Origin: Gammaproteobacteria bacterium | GTDB lineage: Bacteria > Pseudomonadota > Gammaproteobacteria > G965277405 | Reading direction: 5' to 3' | Assembly (NCBI GenBank): GCA_965277405.1 | Contig: OZ255726.1 | Span: forward strand, 256,001 to 320,000 | DNA: 64,000 bases | Shown here: positions 1 to 8,519 of the stretch, piece after piece | How positions within the stretch are numbered: position 1 is the stretch's first letter | Layout of the letters: every line of letters begins with the position of its first letter | Position numbers and translations under genes: made by a program | Notes under the pieces: generated by a model | Database searches by the model: none | The model's input: only the letters and a program-made list of their open reading frames with translations | What the model was told of the DNA's origin: nothing

Positions 1-1
1 C

Positions 2-250
2 CCGCCGTTTTATGATTCTTTATTGGGAAAATTAATTGTCAGCGGCAAAGATCGCAGCGACTGCCTTGCTCGGCTATTAGACGCGCTACAGAACCTGAAG
101 ATTGTCGGCGTGCCTACAACTATTCCCCTCCATATGGCATTGGCAAGCGATAACGATGTGGTCCGTGGGGTTTTTGATACGAAATTCCTTGAGCACTGGC
201 TGGAGAATACATTCAAAGTTTCCAATAATCACAGAGTAGAGGTATCTTGA
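2..250 (+). CDS. Biotin carboxylase C-terminus (partial, runs off window start)
   Basis: Frame from nt 2 reads PPFYDSLLGKLIVSG...GVPTTIPLH...FDTKFLE, typical of the biotin carboxylase C-terminal domain. Confidence 0.85.
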   Translation, partial: PPFYDSLLGKLIVSGKDRSDCLARLLDALQNLKIVGVPTTIPLHMALASDNDVVRGVFDTKFLEHWLENTFKVSNNHRVEVS

Positions 251-1125
251 TGGAAAACAGATATACATTTGGCGGTGACGAGCACCTTTTTGTTGAATGC
301 GATGAAGCCATGTCGCTCGAGGCGTTTTTCAAAAGTCTGTCGATGACGTCCGCGATCAGTAATAGCGAGATAACAGGGATTACGGAAATATGCCCTGCCA
401 ATTCCTCATTTCAAGTGAAGTTTAACCCCGATGTCATTCGTCCAGATGATCTGCTGCATGAAATACAGCAGATTGAGGTGCATGCAGCGACTGCTGCTGC
501 GACGATTGATACCCGCATTGTTGAAATTCCCGTTTATTATCAAGACCCTTGGACACACGCAACGCTGATGCGCTTCAGAGAACGGCACCAAACTCCTAAG
601 GCGACCGATATAGAATATGCTGCTGAAATTAATGGCTTCGCTTCAGTTGATGGATTCATAACTGCCCATTCCCAAGCACCCTGGTTTGTCTCGATGGTAG
701 GCTTTGTTTCTGGGCTGCCATTTATGTATCAAATGGTTGACCGAGCGCGCCAAATTCAGGTGCCAAAATATCTGAAACCGCGTACCGATACCCCGAGACT
801 GACGGTTGGATACGGGGGATGTTTTTCCTGTATTTATTCTGTCAGGGGCGCAGGGGGGTATCAGATGTTTGGGATTACGCCGATGCCAATATTCGACCCA
901 GAACAACAGGTCAGTTATCTGCGAGAATTCATGGTTTTTTTTAAACCTGGAGACATCGTGAAGTTCAAGCCAATCGGCAGAGAAGAATACGAACAATGTG
1001 TCGCAGCTGTAGAACATGGCAAATTTTGGCCCAAGACGAGTGCCGTAAAATTTGACTTGCGCGAATTTCAACAGGACATCAACACTTATAATACGAGATT
1101 GGAGGGCATGATCAATGACTGTTAA
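250..1125 (+). CDS. 5-oxoprolinase subunit B / allophanate hydrolase subunit 1 family
   Basis: RYTFGGDEHLFVE start, VEIPVYY, MVGFVSGLPF, GAGGYQMFGITP, FFKPGDIVKF motifs. Confidence 0.85.
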   Translation: MENRYTFGGDEHLFVECDEAMSLEAFFKSLSMTSAISNSEITGITEICPANSSFQVKFNPDVIRPDDLLHEIQQIEVHAATAAATIDTRIVEIPVYYQDPWTHATLMRFRERHQTPKATDIEYAAEINGFASVDGFITAHSQAPWFVSMVGFVSGLPFMYQMVDRARQIQVPKYLKPRTDTPRLTVGYGGCFSCIYSVRGAGGYQMFGITPMPIFDPEQQVSYLREFMVFFKPGDIVKFKPIGREEYEQCVAAVEHGKFWPKTSAVKFDLREFQQDINTYNTRLEGMINDC

Positions 1126-2086
1126 AGTTTTACATCCTGGTTTGGCAACAACTGTTCAAGATCTTGGTCGGCCTGGATATTTTCACCTTGGCATTCCTAT
1201 TGGCGGGGCGATGGATCGTTTGGCGATGCGTGCAGCAAACATGTTGGTTGGTAACGATGAAGGCGCCGCTGGACTTGAAGCGGTATTTGTCGGTCCAAAA
1301 CTTGAATTCATGCAAGATGCGGTTGTAGCGGTAACTGGCGCTGAAATGCCTGTAAAGGTGGATGGAGATGAACGCCCAAACTGGACGGCAATCAAGGTTA
1401 AATCAGGTCAGATTCTGAGTTTTGATTATCTTAAAAGCGGCGCCAGAATTTGCCTAGCAATTGCTGGAGGTATTGATGTTCCCGTGGCATTAGGCAGCCG
1501 TTCAACTTATCCGATTGGTGCTCTTGGCGGCTTTAAAGGGCGTGCCATTGCAGCAGGTGACATCCTGCCGATTGGGAAAAGCACTTGCCAAAACGAGGGT
1601 GGTCATGTTCCCAAGGGGCTGCGCAAAACGCTGGGAAATCCTGTAGAGATAAGAGTTCTTCCTGGACTGTATTGGCACCGCATTACTGAAGATTCGGGCT
1701 GCAGTTTCTTTGCTGATGAATGGAAAGTCGCGCCCGAAGCCGACCGTATGGGATACCGGTTTTGCGGCGGCAGACCCCTTGAATTCGTCGCAAGAGACCA
1801 ACCATTTGGCGCGGGGTCGGATCCCTCCAACGTCGTCGACTGCTGTTACCCGTATGGGTCAATTCAGGTTCCCAGTGGTACTGAGCCAATAATTCTGCAC
1901 CGTGATGCTGTATCAGGTGGTGGGTATTGTATGATTGGCACCGTTATCTCTGCGGATATGGACATAATCGGCCAGTTGCAGCCGCATACACCAACCCGTT
2001 TTGTCAAAGTAACGATGCAAGAAGCGTTGCAAGCACGCGCAGACAGAAAAACCATGCTTGACAGTATAAGGCTATCGCTCAAATAA
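1115..2086 (+). CDS. 5-oxoprolinase subunit C / biotin-dependent carboxyltransferase family
   Basis: TTVQDLGRPG, GGAMD, LGSRST, ADRMGYR, GSIQVP, GGY motifs. Confidence 0.88.
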   Translation: MTVKVLHPGLATTVQDLGRPGYFHLGIPIGGAMDRLAMRAANMLVGNDEGAAGLEAVFVGPKLEFMQDAVVAVTGAEMPVKVDGDERPNWTAIKVKSGQILSFDYLKSGARICLAIAGGIDVPVALGSRSTYPIGALGGFKGRAIAAGDILPIGKSTCQNEGGHVPKGLRKTLGNPVEIRVLPGLYWHRITEDSGCSFFADEWKVAPEADRMGYRFCGGRPLEFVARDQPFGAGSDPSNVVDCCYPYGSIQVPSGTEPIILHRDAVSGGGYCMIGTVISADMDIIGQLQPHTPTRFVKVTMQEALQARADRKTMLDSIRLSLK

Positions 2087-2105
2087 AAACCACAAATTAA
2101 CAGTT

Positions 2106-2282
2106 AAAATCTCTGGGTAACTTGCGGGGTCTAACAGGCAGAAATATTTGTTGTTTTGCAAATGCAAAAACTTTTAATGACTCAGCCAGCATTTGCGTGC
2201 ACCCTGCGAGAACTTGAGCACCCACGCTTCATCGCAGCGTTTTTGCTCCGTCTCGCCCAGCATGGAATTAGTCAGAGGTTGC
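2106..2282 (+). mobile_element. Degenerate short MITE copy
   Basis: Right end GCGTTTTTGCTCCGTCTCGCCCAGCATGGAATTAGTCAGAGGTTGC matches the MITE right end; eroded left TIR AAAATCTCTGGGTAAC. Confidence 0.6.
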
Positions 2283-2385
2283 ATAAGCCAATATTTTGGA
2301 ATTATTACCAGCGAAAATGCTCCAACTCGAAGTAATCATCGATTAACCGATTTTGACAGAAGTATTTTGGCAATGAAAATAATAG

Positions 2386-3663
2386 TTATACCGTCCGGGC
2401 TTCAATCAGGGATTTTTCTATAATATCCAGCGCTTCAACGAAGACTTCTTCCTGTACAGTAAGCGGACAAAGAAAACGCACGACGTTGCCATAAACCCCG
2501 CAAGTCAATAGGATAAGACCTTTTTCGAGAGCTTTGATACGAACTGCATTAGCAAATTCTGGGCTGGGCAAACCGGTGTTGACGTTGTTGAACTCTATCG
2601 CGTTCATGAAACCTAGACCGCGAATATCAACGATCTCAGGTACAGCCTCGCGAAGCGAATGAAGACGTTGTTTCAACCTTACTCCAAGTTTTTCCGCCCG
2701 CTCACATAACTTTTCTTCTTTGATAACATCAAGAACAGCATGAGCCGCAGCAATCCCTATCGGACTACCACCAAAGGTCCCGCCAAGTCCACCTGGTTTT
2801 GGGGCGTCCATGAATTCGGCGCGACCTGTTACCGCTGCAAGCGGAAAGCCTCCTGCCAGGCTTTTAGCCATGGTGGTCAGGTCGGGTGCAACATCTTGAT
2901 GATCCATGGCAAACATCCGCCCTGTCCGGGCAAATCCTGTTTGAATCTCATCTGCAATCATCAATATCCCGTGTTCATCACAAAGCCTCCTAATCTGTCC
3001 CATAAATTCACGGGGAGCTGCGTAAAACCCGCCTTCACCCTGAATAGGCTCTATAATGATAGCTGCAACACGCGCAGGATCGACATCCGACTTGAACAAT
3101 TTATCTAGTGCTGCCAAAGCGTCTGCTACGGAAACACCATGTAACGGAATAGGAAATGGCGCATGAAAAACATCTCCCGACATCACCCCAAATCCGGCCT
3201 TATATGGCTCGACTTTTCCAGTTAAGGACATCGCCATAAAGGTTCGCCCGTGAAATCCACCACTAAAGGCAATGGCCGCTGTTCGCCTGGTTGCAGCTCT
3301 TGCAATCTTTACAGCATTTTCGACTGCTTCGGCACCGGTGGTAGCAAAAATAGTTTTCTTCTCAAATTCACCAGGGACAAGGTCGTTCAGTAATTCTGCC
3401 AATGACACATAATTTTCATAAGGCACGACCTGATGACATGTATGGGTAAAGCGATCTATCTGCGCCTTGACAGCTGCGATTACCTGCGGGTGGCGATGAC
3501 CGGTGTTTACTACGGCAATTCCAGAGGTAAAGTCGATATATCTATTGCCATCTACATCCCAAATTTCTGAATTTTCGGCACGATCCGCATATATTTGCGT
3601 CACCATGCCAACACCACGCGAAATAGCAGCTGATTTTCTTTCTGCGAGATTGATATTTTTCAT
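2386..3663 (-). CDS. gabT: 4-aminobutyrate aminotransferase (class III PLP)
   Basis: WDVDGNRYIDF, GAEAVENAVKIAR, FHGRT, EPIQGEGG, DEIQTGFARTG, MAKSLAGG, GGTFGG; start taken at MKNINL. Confidence 0.92.
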   Translation of the reverse strand: MKNINLAERKSAAISRGVGMVTQIYADRAENSEIWDVDGNRYIDFTSGIAVVNTGHRHPQVIAAVKAQIDRFTHTCHQVVPYENYVSLAELLNDLVPGEFEKKTIFATTGAEAVENAVKIARAATRRTAAIAFSGGFHGRTFMAMSLTGKVEPYKAGFGVMSGDVFHAPFPIPLHGVSVADALAALDKLFKSDVDPARVAAIIIEPIQGEGGFYAAPREFMGQIRRLCDEHGILMIADEIQTGFARTGRMFAMDHQDVAPDLTTMAKSLAGGFPLAAVTGRAEFMDAPKPGGLGGTFGGSPIGIAAAHAVLDVIKEEKLCERAEKLGVRLKQRLHSLREAVPEIVDIRGLGFMNAIEFNNVNTGLPSPEFANAVRIKALEKGLILLTCGVYGNVVRFLCPLTVQEEVFVEALDIIEKSLIEARTV

Positions 3664-3810
3664 AATTTTTCCATTTTGATTAAGCAACTCCACTCCTTTA
3701 ACCTGCTGCTATCCTGCAAAAAAAGGCAGTGTTAAAACGTTCATGCTGAGCAAACACCAACTATAAGCTATCCTATTATTATAAACACATGTTGCTACAT
3801 CGTCTGCTAA

Positions 3811-4110
3811 GGAATCTCTGATTAAGTCGCTGATGGAGCGAGTTTGCCTACAATTGCTGATGATTGCAAGGCGCAAACCGCTGAGCGCATGCCAAGCTTA
3901 TACGCCATGGGTTGCAACACAGCAAGGTCAGCAATTGCCGCAAAGCATAAGTATATTCAACAGATGGACGGGAAAAAACACTGCGCTACTACAGCTAACA
4001 TCGTTGCAGCACTTGGCAACACCCACAAGAGTATTATCTGCGCACTGCGGTTAAGTTTCATCGAGCGTTTTTTCTCCGTCTCGTCCATCGTGGACTTAAT
4101 CAGAGCTTCC
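3811..4110 (+). mobile_element. MITE, IS5-family derived (300 bp)
   Basis: TIRs GGAATCTCTGATTAAG / CTTAATCAGAGCTTCC; flanks CTAA / TTAG; repeated across the window. Confidence 0.88.
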
Positions 4111-4160
4111 TTAGATGATTGGTGCACTAGAATTTAGCGGTTAAATGCGTATTGCTAGCG

Positions 4161-5186
4161 TTAGCCGAGCAGCAGCCGGTAACGGAACCGGTCGAGTAGG
4201 ACTGCTAAGATCAATAAAGAGCCAAGCAGAACCATTTGCATGTATGAACCGACTTGGGTCAGATTCATACCGTTTTGCACAAGAACAATAAAGAACGCGC
4301 CTAGAACTACGTTTTCAACACGACCAATACCACCTCTCAAGGATACTCCAGCGATGACACAGGCGGCGATTGATTCCAGCGCAATTGTTCCGCCCAGATT
4401 AGTTTCACCAGATTCAACCCGCGCCGTCAGCAACAGCCCCGCAAGTGAAGCAAGTAAGGCACATACAAAGTATGCAAAGAACAATGTGCGCTTAGTATTG
4501 ACACCAGATAACTGCGCGGCCCGTATGTTGCCGCCTACGGCATACACATGAGCGCCAAATTTGGTGCGGTTCATCATAATCCACATTGCAATTATCGCGA
4601 CGATCGCCACTAGCACCGGTACGGGGATGCCAAACACCCGACCAAATCCAAAGAAATCTGCAAAGGCGTATGGCAAATCTGCAACAGGAACTCCCCCCGT
4701 AATAAACAGAGATATCCCAGCACCTACAGACTGGACGCCAAGGGTCATGATAAAGGGCGAAACACCGAATTGGGCAACTCCCAACCCGTTCAAAGATCCA
4801 ATAAGGATTGCAGCCGCCAACCCTGACAAACAACCTAGAAGTATGACAAGCCAGACGAGGTCGGGAAACATGCTGGCAAGTACGACCATAACTGTTGCTG
4901 AAACAACTGAGGTTAATGCGATGGCGGTGCCAACAGACAGATCGAAACCACCTGTAATCAACACTAACATCTGACCAAGGGATACCAACACCAGATAAAC
5001 TGACTGGCGGGCTACATTCGTCAGGTTTTGGATAGACAGAAAATGGGGAGAAAGCAGTGAAAAAACAATTAATGACCCAGCTAGAAAAAACGACAATACG
5101 CCAAACTTAATGAAGAGCTGTGTGAGCCAATCGAGTAGGGTTGACCAGCGTAGCAAAGAAAGTTTATCTGATGATTTGTTCTTCAT
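4161..5186 (-). CDS. ABC transporter permease, RbsC family
   Basis: LITGGFDLSVG, PFIMTLG, YAVGGN..AAQLSGVN, LESIAACVIAGVSLRGG. Confidence 0.92.
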   Translation of the reverse strand: MKNKSSDKLSLLRWSTLLDWLTQLFIKFGVLSFFLAGSLIVFSLLSPHFLSIQNLTNVARQSVYLVLVSLGQMLVLITGGFDLSVGTAIALTSVVSATVMVVLASMFPDLVWLVILLGCLSGLAAAILIGSLNGLGVAQFGVSPFIMTLGVQSVGAGISLFITGGVPVADLPYAFADFFGFGRVFGIPVPVLVAIVAIIAMWIMMNRTKFGAHVYAVGGNIRAAQLSGVNTKRTLFFAYFVCALLASLAGLLLTARVESGETNLGGTIALESIAACVIAGVSLRGGIGRVENVVLGAFFIVLVQNGMNLTQVGSYMQMVLLGSLLILAVLLDRFRYRLLLG

Positions 5187-6700
5187 GCTGTTGCCCTTGT
5201 CGCAGTGAAAAAGTGCTTGAGCACATTTTCTTCAATTATGTCTTTTCCAATAAGTTCTGTTGAAATTTTTCCATTCGCAAATACGAGTAATCTGTGAGAT
5301 AGGTTCATGACCTCTGGTAAATCCGAAGAGATAATCACAACTGCTTTTCCTGATTCCACGATTTCCTTTATCAGTCGATATAGCTCCGCGCGTGTCCCCA
5401 CATCAACCCCCACGGTTGGCTCATCAAAAATATAAATATCGTTCTCTTTGCCAAAGCCTTTGCCAAACAGTACTCTTTGCTGGTTTCCGCCTGATAGTTT
5501 GGAAACAGTTCTACCGAGCAAACTTTCGGTTAAATCAACACGTCGCCCAATCTCATCCACCAGTTTTCTTTGCGCAGTAGGCGAGATAATTCTTGCTTTG
5601 CCAATGACTTCAGGTCGGTTTAAAACGCAAAGGTTCAAATTTTCCCGACTGCTGGCTGCAAGGTGTAGCCCTTCATTTTTCCGGTCTGGGGGTAAATAGA
5701 ACATACCGTTGCTGATAAGGTGTCTGGTTTTGGCGTGGGTTACATCGTTCCCCTTAAGGATGACAGCGCCAGATTTGACTACTTGCAACCCGAGAATAGA
5801 TCTCCACACACGTGACTTGCCGCTGCCAATAAGCCCGGCAATGCCTAAGACTTCACCAGCCTTTACATCCAGACTGACACCATTTACCCCAGAAGAATGA
5901 ACCTCCCGCAGAGATAAGATAACGTCGCCATCGCTGCGGTAGCTTATTTTTGGGTATATCTCACCGATTGATCGTCCCGTCATCATCTCAATCAAATGAG
6001 ATTCAGATATTCCTTTAGCTGCCACGGTAGCAATGAGTTTACCATCTCTGAGGACAGTAATTCGATCCGCGATTAGGGTAAATTCCTGAATTCTATGAGA
6101 GATGTAGATGACCCCAACGCCATTTTCTTTTGCAGCCATGATGAAAGAAAATAATTTCTTTGTTTCCCAATCGGTAAGCGAAGCCGTCGGTTCATCGAGG
6201 ATCAAAACCTTGGCTTTGCAATGAAATGCCTTAGCAATTTCCACCATTTGCTGCTGGGCGCGAGATAATTTGGCAACCAGTTCATGGACATTCAGTTCAA
6301 AGCCCAAATCGATAAATAATTTTTCTGCACCGCGAACCATTGCGGATCTATCTATAAAAAATCCTCGTTTTATCTCACTTCCCAAGTAAATATTTTCAAA
6401 AACTGTCAGCGTTGGAACGAGTGATAATTCCTGAAATACGGTACCAATGCCCGCCATGGCAGCGTCATGAACGGACCGAAAACTAACATGATTTCCCTGT
6501 ATTTTGACGGTTCCAGCAGTTGGTCTATAGATGCCCGACAGGATTGAAATCAGTGTTGATTTCCCCGCACCATTTTCGCCGAATAGCACATGGACTTCGC
6601 CAGGCTCAAGTGTAAAATCAACGCTATCCAATGCCTTGACGCCAGGGAACTCTTTGGAGATATCCTTCATCTCTACAACCAAAGTATTTGAAGTAGCCAT
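5183..6700 (-). CDS. ABC transporter ATP-binding protein, RbsA family (two NBDs)
   Basis: GENGAGKST, ILDEPTASL, LSGGNQQR, FDEPTVGVDVG; start set at MATSNT because the longer ORF runs into a MITE. Confidence 0.92.
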   Translation of the reverse strand: MATSNTLVVEMKDISKEFPGVKALDSVDFTLEPGEVHVLFGENGAGKSTLISILSGIYRPTAGTVKIQGNHVSFRSVHDAAMAGIGTVFQELSLVPTLTVFENIYLGSEIKRGFFIDRSAMVRGAEKLFIDLGFELNVHELVAKLSRAQQQMVEIAKAFHCKAKVLILDEPTASLTDWETKKLFSFIMAAKENGVGVIYISHRIQEFTLIADRITVLRDGKLIATVAAKGISESHLIEMMTGRSIGEIYPKISYRSDGDVILSLREVHSSGVNGVSLDVKAGEVLGIAGLIGSGKSRVWRSILGLQVVKSGAVILKGNDVTHAKTRHLISNGMFYLPPDRKNEGLHLAASSRENLNLCVLNRPEVIGKARIISPTAQRKLVDEIGRRVDLTESLLGRTVSKLSGGNQQRVLFGKGFGKENDIYIFDEPTVGVDVGTRAELYRLIKEIVESGKAVVIISSDLPEVMNLSHRLLVFANGKISTELIGKDIIEENVLKHFFTATRATA

Positions 6701-6703
6701 TAA

Positions 6704-7022
6704 GGAAGCTCTGAAAAAATCGCTGATGGAGCGAGTTTGTTGGCAATTGCAGGGCGCAAATCGCACGCATTCGCTGGCGCATGCCATAATATATACGCCA
6801 AGCGTCGCAACACTGCAATTACCGCTGCCGCAAACGAAAGTATATTCAAGAGAAGGACGGAAATAAACGCTGCTCTGCGTCGTTGCAGCACTTGGCATTA
6901 CCCACAAGAGCCACAAGACCCACAATACCAAACAGACCAACAAGTGTTAGCTGCGCACTGCGCTTAAGCTTCATCAGCGTTTTTTCTCCGTCTCGCCCAT
7001 CATGGAGTTATTCAGAGCTTCC
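6704..7022 (+). mobile_element. MITE copy (319 bp) inserted at the ATPase start codon
   Basis: TIRs GGAAGCTCTGA... / ...TCAGAGCTTCC; flanks TTAA / TTAG. Confidence 0.88.
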
Positions 7023-7097
7023 TTAGGTATAATCTACTGGACCTCCACCTCCATTGCTAACCGCAGCAAAGAATGGAGTACATTATAGAGATCTACT

Positions 7098-8174
7098 CTA
7101 CTCGACGTTAAAAACAGGTTTATAGCCGTCCGGTGGCAGTATATTTGCTTTATCGACCTCGTTTATGTTGTTTGAATCAACAATGAAGATTTTCGGACCA
7201 ACATGTTTAATGTAGTCCTTCTTCTCCAAGATACGGACTGCCTGGTCAATCGCTATCCGCCCTTGAATAACCATTGAATCTGCAGGTGCAGCAAGAATGA
7301 ACCCGCGCTTGATACCGCTGTAAACGCCTGGTGTCATATAAAAAGCGAGTAGATCAACTTTACCCTGCAACCCGCGCTCGCGGATCAGCCCTTGTGCTGC
7401 TTCGGCGGTAACTGCTGTCCCAGCAATATATCGCACATCAGGGTTTGCCTGCAGCACGTCTTCAACTAGTTTTTGCTGCGCTTCTTTACCTGTATCACCG
7501 TATTTTGGCTCCATCACATCTAGGGCTGAACCTTTAACTGCGTCCATAAAGCCCGCGTGTGCTGCTTCAACCCACCCAGCTCCTGCTGGACCCGGGAACC
7601 AACCAACTTTAACTACATCGGATCCATCAGGGTGTTTTTTGGCTAAATATTTTCCAGTCTCAAACCCCATGGTATAAAACGACACGAGAGATTTGGCGGC
7701 TAAATCTGGAGAAGAAATTCCATTGACCAAATCTATAACTGGGATTCCTTTTTTACTGACTTCACTAATAAGACTATTGAGACCGTCGAATGAAATTGAG
7801 ACAATTAAAACAGCGTCAGCTTTACGCGCAACACAGTCTTCAATCTGGGAGATTTGGTTGGCTAAATTGGCGTAACCACCAGCGTCAACCAGGTTCATTT
7901 TAACCCCCAGTCTCTTGGATTCTTCAACAATACCGTAATCCACCCCTAAAAAATAAGCGTCTTTCATATGCGGGAATGAAACACACAATTCCCATGCTTT
8001 GGCAGCTTTTTCCAAAGGTATATATGACACGCTAGACGTCATACCGTCCTTGACATTGGCAAATGCAGGCTGAACTTGTTGTGCATCGTAAGGGTACCAA
8101 TCCCCAGCAAACACCTGGGCAGCAATTGTTATTGCCAAGGCTGTGCTTGCAAAAAATATCGTTATGTTACGCAT
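7098..8174 (-). CDS. Periplasmic substrate-binding protein, TorT-like (PBP1)
   Basis: Signal peptide; LCVSFPHMKDAYFLGVDYG, AGGYANLANQISQIEDC, FPGPAGAGW, YGDTGKE, QGRIAIDQAVRILE. Confidence 0.85.
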   Translation of the reverse strand: MRNITIFFASTALAITIAAQVFAGDWYPYDAQQVQPAFANVKDGMTSSVSYIPLEKAAKAWELCVSFPHMKDAYFLGVDYGIVEESKRLGVKMNLVDAGGYANLANQISQIEDCVARKADAVLIVSISFDGLNSLISEVSKKGIPVIDLVNGISSPDLAAKSLVSFYTMGFETGKYLAKKHPDGSDVVKVGWFPGPAGAGWVEAAHAGFMDAVKGSALDVMEPKYGDTGKEAQQKLVEDVLQANPDVRYIAGTAVTAEAAQGLIRERGLQGKVDLLAFYMTPGVYSGIKRGFILAAPADSMVIQGRIAIDQAVRILEKKDYIKHVGPKIFIVDSNNINEVDKANILPPDGYKPVFNVE

Positions 8175-8519
8175 AGTTTCCTCCTTTTCGATTTAACTGA
8201 GAATGCAAAATGAAAAATATCTTCAATTTTGATAGTATCAAATTAGAAGTAGATTTCCACTTAAAAACTGACTTTTTCCAGTCTAAATAATTGGTTTTGT
8301 TAATTTGGCGTGGTTTGACGATTTATTGCTAAATTTTTGTCGCATTTACCAAGGCATAACATCAATCTGGCAATCCAGTTTTGTCAAGAATTTCCAAACT
8401 TTGCAATTCGTTATAAATATTCTTGGGCAAAAAATAACAAATATTCCTGCCTTATTTAAGCCTCGCAAGCTAATATTGAAAAATAAAATTAAACTATAGT
8501 TAAGGAGGCTAAATTATAG

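Noticed and set aside
3800-4118. Copies at 3811 and 49368 share flanks (GTCTGC.AA / TTAGATG), suggesting a larger element
   Set aside because: Only two copies; the left flank at 49368 reads as phaB coding sequence, so chance or target preference suffices
3833-4137. Recurring small ORFs (MERVCLQLLMIARR..., ...SIICALRLSFI...) in MITE copies as a peptide family
   Set aside because: Frames, lengths and stops differ between copies because of indels; shared sequence reflects the DNA repeat only
6701-6943. 81-aa N-terminal extension of the ABC ATPase
   Set aside because: Almost entirely MITE sequence; family similarity begins at MATSNT
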